DNA from: Myxococcota bacterium | Lineage (GTDB): Bacteria > Myxococcota_A > UBA796 > CAJQPC01 | Direction: 5' to 3' | Length of the DNA: 64,000 nt | Assembly (NCBI GenBank): GCA_036012755.1 | Contig: DASCPX010000183.1 | Location: 1-64,000, forward strand | In this document: piece by piece, positions 26,867 to 36,376 of the stretch | Layout: the number at the start of each line of letters is the position of its first letter | Numbering within the stretch: the stretch's first letter is position 1 | The notes under the pieces: model-generated | What the model saw: the letters and a program-made list of their open reading frames with translations, nothing else | What the model was told of the DNA's origin: nothing | Database searches by the model: none | Made by a program: the position numbers and the translations under genes

Positions 26867-27658
26867 ATGGACGTCCGATTCTGGGGAGTGCGCGGCAGCA
26901 TTCCCGTCTCCGGCGCGCGCTACCTCGGCGCCGGCGGCAACACATCCTGCGTCGAGTTCCTGCATCGGGGGCGTCGGCTGGTCATCGACGGGGGCACTGG
27001 TTTGCGCGCCCTCGGGGCCAGCCTGGGCTTCCGGCCCGTCGAGGCGACCTTCTTGTTCACCCACGTGCACTGGGATCACATCCAGGGCGTTCCCTTCTTC
27101 GGGCCGGCCTTCCACCCGGACAGTCGCTTCGTCTTCGGCGGTGCGGCGGGTCTCCAGGAGGCCCTCTCCGAGCAGATGAAGGCCCCACAGTTCCCCATCA
27201 CGCTGGAGGCCGTCCGAGCTGGAATCGACTGGTTGGAGCTCGAGAGCCAGCGCACCTTTCGCGTCGGCCCGTTTTCCGTGACTCCGCTGTCCATGAACCA
27301 CCCGGACGGTGTCTTCGCCTACCGGGTCGAGACCGGGGACCACAGCGTCGTCTTCGCCACCGACGTCGAGCACGCCGGGGTCGTCGACGAGGCCCTCGTG
27401 GAGCTCTCCGCCGGCGCGGACCTGCTCGTGCACGACGCCCAGTACACCCCGGACGAGTACGCCGTGCGCCGGGGCTGGGGCCACTCCACCGTCGACGAGG
27501 CCATCGAGGTCGCGCGCCGAGCCGAGGTCGGAGCGCTGGCTCTCTTCCACCACGACCCGGCGCGGGACGACGAGGCCCTGTGCCGCTTGGAGGCCCGAGC
27601 TCGCAGCCGGCTTCCCGGTGCCTTCGTGGCGCGGGAGGGGCCGGCCCTGGCGCTTTGA
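26867..27658 (+). CDS. MBL-fold metallo-hydrolase (cyclic-nucleotide phosphodiesterase-like / RNase Z-like)
   Basis: MDVRFWGVRGSIP, GGNTSC, THVHWDH, TDVEH, GWGHS, LFHHDP; RBS AGGGAG. Confidence 0.9.
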   Translation: MDVRFWGVRGSIPVSGARYLGAGGNTSCVEFLHRGRRLVIDGGTGLRALGASLGFRPVEATFLFTHVHWDHIQGVPFFGPAFHPDSRFVFGGAAGLQEALSEQMKAPQFPITLEAVRAGIDWLELESQRTFRVGPFSVTPLSMNHPDGVFAYRVETGDHSVVFATDVEHAGVVDEALVELSAGADLLVHDAQYTPDEYAVRRGWGHSTVDEAIEVARRAEVGALALFHHDPARDDEALCRLEARARSRLPGAFVAREGPALAL

Positions 27659-29106
27659 CGTCCCGGTCGGCGAGGCAGTACGCTGAGGACATCCTTCGCC
27701 GAGTCCTCGATCGTCGCGTCACGCTGGGCCGAGTCGAGCTGGATCGCGTGCTGGAGCGGATCATCGACGAGGTGCGGGTTCAGCTCGGCGCCGATCGCGG
27801 CACCCTCTACCTCGTCGACCACGCCACCTGCGAGCTGGTCTCCCGGGTCGCCCACCTCCCGGAGATCCGGCGCATCCGGCTGCGCATCGGCGAGGGCGTC
27901 GCCGGACGCGTCGCGGCCACGGGCGAGGTCGTGCGCGTACCCCCTGGGCCCACGGCTCGCGGCATCGACGCCCTGACCGGCTACGTCACGAAGAACCTCG
28001 TCGCCGCCCCAGTGGTCTCTGGCGGCGCCGTCGTCGCCGTGCTGCAGGTGCTCAACAAGCCGGGAGGCTTCTCGGACGAGGACGTCGAGCTCCTCGCTGT
28101 CCTCTCCGAGCGGGTCGCCGAGCTCTTGGACCAGACCTCGCTGTCCGCGCAGCTCCGCCCTGGACACCGCCAGCCGCTGGCCTTTCGCTTCAACCACATC
28201 GTGGGGGACTCCGCGGTGATGCAGGCGGTCTACGAGCGCACCGCGAAGGCGGCGAGGTCCATGGCGACCGTGCTGGTGCGCGGAGAGTCGGGCACCGGCA
28301 AGGAGCTCATCGCCCGGGCCATCCACGAGAACTCGGGCCGGGCCGGGTGCCCTTTCGTCAAGGTCGACTGCGCCGCGCTACCCGAGAACCTCGTCGAGAA
28401 CGAGCTCTTCGGCCACGTCCGAGGGGCCTACACCTCGGCTGGCAGCGACGCCTCCGGCAAGGTCGACGCTGCACTGGGAGGCACCCTCTTCCTCGACGAG
28501 ATCGGCGAGCTCGGGCTGCCGGTCCAGACCCGCCTGCTCCGGCTCTTGCAAGACCGGTGCTTCGTCCGGGTCGGCGGCACGCAGTCGATCGAGGCGGACG
28601 TTCGCTTCGTCTGCGCGACCCACGTCGACCTCGAGGAGGCCGTGCGGGACAAGCGCTTCCGCCAGGACCTCTACTACCGGCTGCGGGTCATCGAGGTCCG
28701 CACTCCGGCGCTGAGGGAGCGAGGGGGAGGGGACCTCGACCGACTCGTCGACCACTTCCTCCACCGCTTCTGCCGGGAACACGATCGGGACGTCGAGCTG
28801 AGCGATGCGGCGCGAGCCGCGCTCCATGGCCACGACTGGCCCGGCAACGTGCGGGAGCTGGAGCACTGCCTGGAGTCGGCGGTGGTCCTCGCGGAGGGGA
28901 GCACGATCGAGCGGGAGAGCCTGGCGCTGGGGCCCCACCGGCCGGCGGTCCCGGGGGTCTTCCGCTCCGGGGTCGTCCCGCTGGAGGAGCTCGAGCGCAG
29001 CTACGTCCAGCACGTGCTGGAGCTCTGCGGGGGCAACAAGTCAGAGGCCGCCCGGGTGCTCGGGATCGGCCGGAACCGGCTCTCCAGGAAGCTCTCCGAC
29101 CGCTGA
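27655..29106 (+). CDS. GAF-domain sigma54-dependent Fis-family transcriptional activator
   Basis: TTG start in TTGA overlap; GAF N-terminus; [21 protein letters not shown] (GAFTGA variant), [26 protein letters not shown]. Confidence 0.92.
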   Translation: MTSRSARQYAEDILRRVLDRRVTLGRVELDRVLERIIDEVRVQLGADRGTLYLVDHATCELVSRVAHLPEIRRIRLRIGEGVAGRVAATGEVVRVPPGPTARGIDALTGYVTKNLVAAPVVSGGAVVAVLQVLNKPGGFSDEDVELLAVLSERVAELLDQTSLSAQLRPGHRQPLAFRFNHIVGDSAVMQAVYERTAKAARSMATVLVRGESGTGKELIARAIHENSGRAGCPFVKVDCAALPENLVENELFGHVRGAYTSAGSDASGKVDAALGGTLFLDEIGELGLPVQTRLLRLLQDRCFVRVGGTQSIEADVRFVCATHVDLEEAVRDKRFRQDLYYRLRVIEVRTPALRERGGGDLDRLVDHFLHRFCREHDRDVELSDAARAALHGHDWPGNVRELEHCLESAVVLAEGSTIERESLALGPHRPAVPGVFRSGVVPLEELERSYVQHVLELCGGNKSEAARVLGIGRNRLSRKLSDR

Positions 29107-29166
29107 CAATCGGTTTCAACTCAAGGACAATTGGTGTTTTCCCGATGCTCTCGTCAGGGATAGACT
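29105..29166 (+). promoter_or_regulatory. flp promoter region: direct repeats GACAAT(C/T)GGT at 21-bp spacing and -10-like TAGACT
   Basis: GACAATCGGT 29105-29114, GACAATTGGT 29126-29135, TAGACT 29161-29166 in an AT-rich gap. Confidence 0.55.
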
Positions 29167-29188
29167 GTCGTCTTCCCCCGGAGGCCTC

Positions 29189-29365
29189 ATGTCGTCCTTC
29201 CTTCGTCGTTTCCTGGCTGACGAGTCGGCCGCCACGTCGATCGAATACGGGCTGATCGCCGTGGTCGTGAGCGTTGGCATCCTCGCCAGCGTGCAGGCCT
29301 TCAGCGGCTCGCTGGCCAACCTCTGGAACTACACCGCGACGAACATCACGGCGAACCTGCCCTAG
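29189..29365 (+). CDS. flp: Flp/Fap family type IVb (Tad) pilin
   Basis: 58 aa MSSFLRRFLADESAATSIEYGLIAVVVSVGIL..., Flp EY motif, RBS GGAGG. Confidence 0.92.
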   Translation: MSSFLRRFLADESAATSIEYGLIAVVVSVGILASVQAFSGSLANLWNYTATNITANLP

Positions 29366-29367
29366 GG

Positions 29368-31449
29368 CTGCGCTACGGGGCGCTCCTGTGCGCCTCGGGG
29401 GCTTGCGCGCTGGCCTACGAGGTGTTGTGGATGCGGCGCTTCGCGCTGCTCTTCGGCGCCTCTGCGATCGCCACGACCTTGACCCTGGCCACGGTCTTCG
29501 GGGGGCTGGGGCTCGGGGGACTGCTCGGTGGTCGCCTGCCAGCGCACCGTCCGAACCGGACCTACGCCCTGCTCGAGGTCTCCGCGGCGCTCTGGGCCCT
29601 TGCCCTGCCCTTCGGGCTCGTCGCCCTCACGCCTCTGGTCCAGCGAGCGGACTCCCTGCTGGTCGACGCCTTGGTCGTCGCGCTGCTCGCCGGGCCTCCA
29701 GCGGTGGCCTTGGGCGCCACGCTCCCGGTGCTGGCCCGGGGCTTTCGGAGCCGGGCCACCGTCGCCGGGCTCTACGCGGCGAACACCGCCGGGGCAGTGA
29801 TCGGCGCGCTGGCGGTTCCGGCTCTGTTGCTCCCGCTCTTCGGCGTCACGGGCTCCGAGCGCCTCGTCGCCATCAGTGGCATCGCCGTCGCGGTCGTCGC
29901 TGGCCTCAGCGGTCTCCAGCGACGGGAGCGGGCGGTGGATCGGGTGCTGCGAGCCGACGCCCTGCTCGCCGTCGCCGCCGCGGGGTTCTCGGCGATGGTG
30001 CTGGAGGTCGCGTGGACACGCCTGGGCGCGGTGCTGCTCGGTCCCTCGATCCATGCCCTCGCCTGGGTGCTGGCGGCCTTCCTGGGCGGTATCGCCGTCG
30101 GTGCGGCCCTCGGTCGTCGCAGAGGTCGCCTCGACCACGCGTTGGGGGCCATGGCCCTCTGCGCGCTCGCTGGCACCTTCGTCTACGCCCAGGCGCCCCT
30201 GATGTTCGCGAGCCTGTATGACCGCCTCGGCCCGGAGGGTCTCTGGCTCGCTTCGGTCGGTCTCGCGGTGCTCACGATGGCCGGGGCCCCCATCGCCAGT
30301 GGCTTCGTCTTCGCTCGAGCCCTGGAGCAGGGCGAGGTCGGCGCGCTCTACGGCGCCAACACGCTGCTGGGTGTGGTCGGCGCCGCGCTGGCCGGGCTGG
30401 TCCTCGTGCCAGCCCTCGGGGTGCAGGGGACCGTCGTCGTCGCCGCAGTCGTGGTGGCGCTCGCGGCCTCCGTGGTGGGCCGGAGACCGTGGTGGATCCT
30501 GGCCGCTGTCGCCCTCGCGGCGCTGATGCCGGACTGGGACGCCAGGCTGTATGCGGTCGGGATCTACAGCCGGGTCAGCGATCTCGGGGACCGCAGCCGC
30601 GAGGGCATCCGGAGCTTCGCGCAGGAGGGCTGGGACCTGCTCTTCTACGAGGACGGTCGGACCGCGGCGGTGGCGGTCGGCCAGAGCACTACGACGGGCA
30701 CGATCTGGCTGTCCATCAACGGCAAGGTCGACGCCTCCACCGGTGACGACATGCCGACCCAGGTGCTCTCCGGCCAGATCCCGCTGCGCATGCACGGCGC
30801 CGCCAGGGACGTCCTCGTCGTGGGGCTCGCCTCCGGAGTCACGGCAGGGGCTGTGCTCGACGAGGGCGTGGAGTCCCTGGTCATCGTCGAGCTCGAGCCC
30901 AGGGTGGTCGAGGCCAGCCACTACTTCGACGATTACTCCGGAGCCCCGCTGTCCGACGAGCGCACGCGCCTGCGGGTCGACGACGCCCGGGCGGTCCTCT
31001 CGGAGCCCCAGACCTTCGACGTCATCATCAGCGAGCCCAGCAACCCCTGGATCACGGGGGTGTCGAACCTCTTCACCCTCGAGTACTGGGAGCTGGGGCG
31101 CAGCCGGCTCCGGGAAGGCGGGGTCTTCTGCCAGTGGATCCAGCTCTACGGGCTCGGGACCCGGGAACTCCTCAGCGTCGTCGCTACCTTCGTCGAGGTC
31201 TTCCCCCAGACCTGGCTGTACGAGCCGCTCGAGGGCGGCGACGTGCTCCTCGTCGGTGCGCTCGGAGAGGTCTTGCTGGACGATCTCGACCCCGTGTTGG
31301 GCCCCGACGGCGTCCAGCGTCTGGCCGGTGGGGCCCGCCTCAACACCGACGAGCACCCCTGGGTCGAGCTCGAGGCGCCCAGGGCGATGCACCTCGCGAC
31401 GGTTGTGGCCAACAAGGAGGCCATCCGGCGCGTTAGCGGCCGACAGTGA
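29368..31449 (+). CDS. Fused multi-TM membrane domain / spermidine synthase-like protein
   Basis: SGACALAYEVLW, GATLP, LYAANTAGA, VLVVGLASGVT, FDVIISEPSNPW; proposed CTG start at 29368 (first GTG is 29422). Confidence 0.85.
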   Translation: MRYGALLCASGACALAYEVLWMRRFALLFGASAIATTLTLATVFGGLGLGGLLGGRLPAHRPNRTYALLEVSAALWALALPFGLVALTPLVQRADSLLVDALVVALLAGPPAVALGATLPVLARGFRSRATVAGLYAANTAGAVIGALAVPALLLPLFGVTGSERLVAISGIAVAVVAGLSGLQRRERAVDRVLRADALLAVAAAGFSAMVLEVAWTRLGAVLLGPSIHALAWVLAAFLGGIAVGAALGRRRGRLDHALGAMALCALAGTFVYAQAPLMFASLYDRLGPEGLWLASVGLAVLTMAGAPIASGFVFARALEQGEVGALYGANTLLGVVGAALAGLVLVPALGVQGTVVVAAVVVALAASVVGRRPWWILAAVALAALMPDWDARLYAVGIYSRVSDLGDRSREGIRSFAQEGWDLLFYEDGRTAAVAVGQSTTTGTIWLSINGKVDASTGDDMPTQVLSGQIPLRMHGAARDVLVVGLASGVTAGAVLDEGVESLVIVELEPRVVEASHYFDDYSGAPLSDERTRLRVDDARAVLSEPQTFDVIISEPSNPWITGVSNLFTLEYWELGRSRLREGGVFCQWIQLYGLGTRELLSVVATFVEVFPQTWLYEPLEGGDVLLVGALGEVLLDDLDPVLGPDGVQRLAGGARLNTDEHPWVELEAPRAMHLATVVANKEAIRRVSGRQ

Positions 31450-32261
31450 GTATCCGCGATCGTGCAAGGACCGGGCTGCAGGCGCTGCCTCGAAGACTCA
31501 GGCGGCGACTGGGTTCCCGCGGCATACGACGCGAGGACATCGAGCTCCAGAGCCTCGTCGGCTACCGCATCGCCGGCACCATCTGGAGAGCCCCCGGGGC
31601 CAGGACCGCGATCATCCTGACGCCGGGAACCAACGACCCCGGGAGCGTGTTCGAGGGCTGGACCCAGCCGGTGAATGCCATGGAGATCGCCAGCCTCGGC
31701 TACGTGTGCGCGCACTTCGACCCGGCGGGTCGGGGGAGGAGCTGGGGCGAAGAGGACTACGGCGGCCCCGAGCACCAGGACGACCTCCGGGTGGTCATCG
31801 AGCACCTCCGCCCACAGGTGGAAAGCCTGGGCGTGCTCAGCATCTCGTTGGGAATCGCGATGGCGGCGGGAGCCCTGACAGAGGACCTCGGCGTCGACTG
31901 GCTGCTGGACTGGGAGGGCCCCTGTGATCGCGAGATCATCTGCGCGGGCGGTCGCATGATGGCCCCGGCGCTGGGCCACGACCTCGAGGACGACACCTAC
32001 TGGTGCCCGCGCGAGGCGGTCGTCCACGTCCCGAGGCTCCGCTGCGGCTACGTGCGCGTCCAGTCCAGCCGCGACCACGCTCAGCCCGGCGAGCTGCGTC
32101 ATGCCACCCGCATGATCGAGGCGGCCGCCGGCGGAGATCTCCCCTTCTTTCATCTCAACGAGCACGGCGACGGGGTCGTGCCCGAAGAACCCGACTGGTA
32201 CGCTCCCGGGCGCGCAGTCGCGAACCGGACCCTGCTTGGCTGGGTACAGAGGTTGACATGA
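31446..32261 (+). CDS. Alpha/beta hydrolase family protein
   Basis: HFDPAGRGRSWG, LSISLG nucleophile elbow, DWEGP. Confidence 0.78.
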   Translation: MSIRDRARTGLQALPRRLRRRLGSRGIRREDIELQSLVGYRIAGTIWRAPGARTAIILTPGTNDPGSVFEGWTQPVNAMEIASLGYVCAHFDPAGRGRSWGEEDYGGPEHQDDLRVVIEHLRPQVESLGVLSISLGIAMAAGALTEDLGVDWLLDWEGPCDREIICAGGRMMAPALGHDLEDDTYWCPREAVVHVPRLRCGYVRVQSSRDHAQPGELRHATRMIEAAAGGDLPFFHLNEHGDGVVPEEPDWYAPGRAVANRTLLGWVQRLT

Positions 32262-32731
32262 TGCTCTGGCTCCTCACATCGCTCGCGCTCGCTGGCGCGC
32301 GCAGTCTGGACATGACCCTGCAGGTGGACGGGGTGGCGATCTCCGAAGGCAGCTACGTGCTGCCGACCCAGCCCGAGAGCGTCGAGTTCGACGTCGAGGG
32401 AGCGCCGCACCTCGCCACCGCGACCTTCGAGAGCCGACACGACACGGTGCGTGTGCACATCCGCGTCGACGAGCTCAAGGGCAAGAAGCGCAAGCCCTCC
32501 GAGGTGACCGCGCTGGAGCTCACGCTCTACGAGGACTACCCCGGCGTCCTGGACCGCAGCGTCGAGGGCAGCGCCTACAAGCTCGAGGCGGTCTGGACCG
32601 ACACCAACCCGAAGAAGACACGCCTCGAGGTGCCCCCGGTCCCGCCGGAGGCGCTCGAGGCCCCGCCCGCAGGGGAGACACCGGAGGCCCCGCCCGCAGG
32701 GGAGACACCGGCCGAGGAGCCAGCCGGCTGA
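32258..32731 (+). CDS. Exported hypothetical protein with Pro-rich tail
   Basis: MMLWLLTSLALA signal; ATGA overlap; 27-bp duplication 32657-32710 (EAPPAGETP x2). Confidence 0.72.
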   Translation: MMLWLLTSLALAGARSLDMTLQVDGVAISEGSYVLPTQPESVEFDVEGAPHLATATFESRHDTVRVHIRVDELKGKKRKPSEVTALELTLYEDYPGVLDRSVEGSAYKLEAVWTDTNPKKTRLEVPPVPPEALEAPPAGETPEAPPAGETPAEEPAG

Positions 32732-32733
32732 CC

Positions 32734-34717
32734 GTGCTCCTCCTCGTCGCTGCTGCCCTGGCTCAGGAGCCCGAGGGCCAACCCATCGACGAGGTCGTCG
32801 AGCGCACCGCCACGGCCTTCGAGGAGTCGCGGGTCCTGCGGGTCGTCCCGGCGGTGCTCGATGAGCTGCAGGTCAAGGAGCTCGTGCCCATCCTGCGCGA
32901 GGTCGAGACCAGGGACGACAAGGACGTCCGGGACTACATCCTCCTGTCCCGGCTGTACAGGCACCTCGACGAGCCAGACCAGGCCGTCAGGGCGCTGTCG
33001 GAGGGAGGCCTTGAGCCTCGAACCCGACAACGCCCAGCTCCGCATCGAGTACGCCTACGCCCTGCTGGAGAAGGGGGAGCTGGAGGAGGCCCGCGCCAGC
33101 GCGCGTGAGGGCGTGCTGCTCGACGAGTCACAGATCCGCGTCGCCACCGTCTACGCCGCCGCGCTGGGGTGGCCCTGGCCCTTTCTCGGCGCCAGCCTCG
33201 GCTCGATCTGGATCGCCGGGCTGCTGGGCTGGCGACGTCACCGGGGCGTCTCGGCCTGGATCGGCCGCACGGATGGAATCGCCGGGAGTCGGCACATCCT
33301 CCCGGCCCTGGCTCTCTGCGTCAGCGTCTCGCTCGGGCTGCAGTTCCTCTTCACCGCCCACAAGGTGGCCTTCGTGCTGCTGTCGTCCTGGGCGATCCTC
33401 AGCGCGGCATGGCTCGTCTTCGATCCCTTCCGCGAGCCGCTCGGACGCGCGGCCCGGGCCGTCGGCGGCTCTCTCTCCCGGCTCGCCACGGGGCGCCTCG
33501 GGGCTCCGCTGTCACGGCTGCCCCCCGGGACCCAGGTGCTGTTGCTCCTGGCCAGCGCCTTCTTCCTCGTGTCGGTGGCGCCCTTCATCGAAAACGCGGA
33601 TCTGCGGCTCGTCGCGATCTTCCTCGGCGGGATGCTGTTCTTCTCCACCCTCGGCGGGATCATCCTGCGCCTGCTCGGACGCTCCGCCAGCCTGCGCCGT
33701 AGCCTGCGATGGCTGGCTCTCGGCGGCACGCTGCCCTTCCTGGTCTTCTTCGTCTACGCCGAGCACGAGTCCATCCGCGTCTCCATCCAGTCAGCAGAGG
33801 CGCTCAGCAGCGCCGCGGCCGATCGCCTGGTCGGCTACCTCGTCGTCTGGGGCATCGGCGCGCTGCTCGCGCTGCTGCTCGCAGGCATCATCAGCCGCAG
33901 CATCCTCGACCCGGTGCGCAGCATCCTCAGCGCCGTCGAGGCGGTTCGGGCCGGCGACCTGGGGTCCCGCACACAGGTCGATCGTAGAGACGAGATCGGC
34001 ACGCTGGCCGGTGCGGTCGACGAGATGGCGGCGGGACTGGCCGAGCGGCGCCGCATCGAGCAGACCTTCCGCCAGTACGTCGCCGGCGCGGTCGCCGAGC
34101 GCTTGATCGCCGGGGACACCCTGGTCTCGGAGCCTCGCCGTGTGCACGCGGTCGTGCTGTTCTGCGACGTGCGTGGCTTCACGGCGCTGTCCGAGAAGCT
34201 CGAGCCCGAAGACGTCGTCCGCCTCCTCAACGGGGTCTTCGGCCGCATCGCCCCGGTGGTCCGCACCTGGGGTGGGGTCGTCGACAAGTTCCTCGGCGAC
34301 GGCATGATGGCCGTCTGGGGCGTGCCCGAGCCTCTCCGCAAGGGGGCCCACGTGGGGGTCTCGGGCGAGGAGCTCGCTTCCCGCGCGGCGCTGCAGATGG
34401 TGGCCGAGGTGGAGGCGCTCGAGGCCGAGCTCTGACAGCGGGGGCTGCCCGCGATCTCGATCGGTGTCGGCGTCAACGCCGGCGAGGTCGTCGCCGGTCC
34501 CATCGGGAGCACCGAGCGCAAGGAGTACACGGTCATCGGCGACGCGGTGAACACGGCGCAGCGGGCCGAGTCCCAGGCCCGGGGCGAGGTCGTGCTCACC
34601 GAGGCGGTCATCGAGGTGCTCGGTGACCTCGTCGAGGTCGTGCCACGCGATCCTGTGGCGCTGAAGGGGAAGTCCGAGCCCGTCCTGCTCTACACCCTCA
34701 CTCGCCTCCGCAGATAG
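32734..34717 (+). pseudogene. Disrupted membrane adenylate cyclase (signal, TPR, multi-TM, HAMP, class III cyclase): frameshift near 33004 and in-frame TGA at 34433
   Basis: TPR continues across frames at GAGGGAGG (33001-33008); past TGA 34433-34435 the frame continues [34 protein letters not shown] to TAG 34715-34717. Confidence 0.85.
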
Positions 34718-35138
34718 CGGTCTCGGCGTCGCACTCGAAGAGCACGCCCAGGTCGCGGCAGGGGCCCGTGCCGCTGTCGAGGCAGTCGCCGACGGCGAGC
34801 GAGGTGATCGCGTGGCCGTGCCACCAGGCGCAGCGCTCCGCCGGGTCGTAGAGGACCTGGAGCTCAAAGGTCATCTCCGGGGGCACCTCGATGCAGAACA
34901 CCCCGCCGACGTTGGCGGTGGTCTCGTTCAGCAGCGTGCAGTCCGTCGGGTCCCAGGCCCGGACCGCCGCGCTGGGGGCCCCCTGGTTGTCGTAGTCGCG
35001 CGCGACTCCGCTCACGCAGGCGTCGTTGGTGCGGCTGTCCTCGTCTTCGCTGTCCTCGTCTTCGCTGTCCGAGTCGTCCGTCGGCGAGCTGTCCACCGAG
35101 TCCTTCGGAGACGTGCAGGCCAGCAGGATCAGGAGCAT
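34698..35138 (-). CDS. Small Cys-rich lipoprotein
   Basis: MLLILLA-C lipobox, D/S-rich tether, eight further Cys. Confidence 0.75.
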   Translation of the reverse strand: MLLILLACTSPKDSVDSSPTDDSDSEDEDSEDEDSRTNDACVSGVARDYDNQGAPSAAVRAWDPTDCTLLNETTANVGGVFCIEVPPEMTFELQVLYDPAERCAWWHGHAITSLAVGDCLDSGTGPCRDLGVLFECDAETAICGGE

Positions 35139-35145
35139 GTGGACA

Positions 35146-36369
35146 TCATGGATCACCCACCCGGTGGATGGCACCGTGACCGAGGCTCTCCTTGGTTCCG
35201 GTGACCTCGACCAACGGGTCGAGCACGAAGACCGCGCCGCCCTCGCTCCTCACCGCCGAGCCGCGATGGCCAGCGATGCGTCCCCCCTCCACCGTCGCTC
35301 TGGCGGCGTCCTGGCCAAGCAGACCGCAGTCCATGCCCTCGACGATCGTGCAGTCCACCAGGCCCAGGCGGGCCTTGTCGCGGAGCAGCACGCCGTGGCT
35401 GGTCATCCTGGAGAGCGTGCACCCTTCTGCGCGCACCTCGGCGTTGTCGGAGATCTCGAGCGCTTGGAAGGCGCAGCGGTTGACCTCGAAGTCCACGAGC
35501 TCGGCGACCGCGTCGTCGTGCACCCAGATCCCACCGGAGTTGGAGCCCTCGAGCAGGCCTCGCTCGAGCTCGGGCCGGGCGTCTTCGGAGATCTCGATGG
35601 ACGCCAGCGCCCCCCCCTCGACCTGGATCTCCAGGTAGGTCCCCTTGCTCTGGCCGTGCAGGAAGAGACCGCTGGCTCCGCTGTCGCGCACCAGGAAGCC
35701 GTCGATGGTCGGGTCCGCGTCGCCCGTCACCTCGAGGGCAGCCAGGCCGCAGTGCAGGGCCGCGCAGCCGTGCAGCCGGGGCTTCGCGTTGCCGTGGATG
35801 AAGAAGGCCCCCCGTCCCGCGGCAGCCACGGTCACGCCGACCAGGGTGGGGGCGGCGTCGGCTCCGACCTCGACCCCCGCCATCTGGCCGGCCGCGATCG
35901 CGCAGGCGCTGACGGTGCCGCGGGCCTCTCCCGTGAAGAAGAGCCCAGAGCCCGAAGCGGTGATCTTGAGGTCCTCTGCGATCGGCGCTGCTTTGTCCTG
36001 CACCGAGAGCCCGATGGCGCAGCGCTCGGCGCGAACCCTGTTGATGCGTGGGGTGACCTCCCACCCGCAGGCGATCGCCGTTCCGCCGACAGACAGCTCC
36101 AGGTCTTCCAGCGTCGGGCTGCCGGCCTTGACGACGATGCCGTGGTGGTCGTTCTCCACGCGAAGACCCGTGATGGTCGCGTCGGCCCTGATGGCCAGCA
36201 CCACGGGCTCCTTGCCACGGAGCACGCCGCCCCTGATGGTCACGGCCTTGGTCACGATCGTCATCTCGACGATGTGGACGCCTTCGAGCTGCAGGACGTC
36301 GCCTTCGGCCGCGGCGGCCAGGCCAGCCTCGAGATTGGGCACATCGCCGGGTACGGTCCAGGTCTTCAT
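35146..36369 (-). CDS. Right-handed parallel beta-helix repeat protein
   Basis: VPGDVPNL..A...GD start, repeated ~23-aa GV.V...A.P.L units. Confidence 0.85.
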   Translation of the reverse strand: MKTWTVPGDVPNLEAGLAAAAEGDVLQLEGVHIVEMTIVTKAVTIRGGVLRGKEPVVLAIRADATITGLRVENDHHGIVVKAGSPTLEDLELSVGGTAIACGWEVTPRINRVRAERCAIGLSVQDKAAPIAEDLKITASGSGLFFTGEARGTVSACAIAAGQMAGVEVGADAAPTLVGVTVAAAGRGAFFIHGNAKPRLHGCAALHCGLAALEVTGDADPTIDGFLVRDSGASGLFLHGQSKGTYLEIQVEGGALASIEISEDARPELERGLLEGSNSGGIWVHDDAVAELVDFEVNRCAFQALEISDNAEVRAEGCTLSRMTSHGVLLRDKARLGLVDCTIVEGMDCGLLGQDAARATVEGGRIAGHRGSAVRSEGGAVFVLDPLVEVTGTKESLGHGAIHRVGDP

Positions 36370-36376
36370 CGCGTCC

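Noticed and set aside
29131..29148. Sigma54 promoter directly upstream of flp
   Set aside because: GG to GC spacing is 12 nt rather than the required 10
34433..34470. Selenocysteine or genome-wide TGA recoding in the cyclase
   Set aside because: TGA is the normal stop throughout the window; the position is a non-catalytic helix where Arg (CGA) fits; the gene also has an independent frameshift; the short downstream stem is not a convincing SECIS
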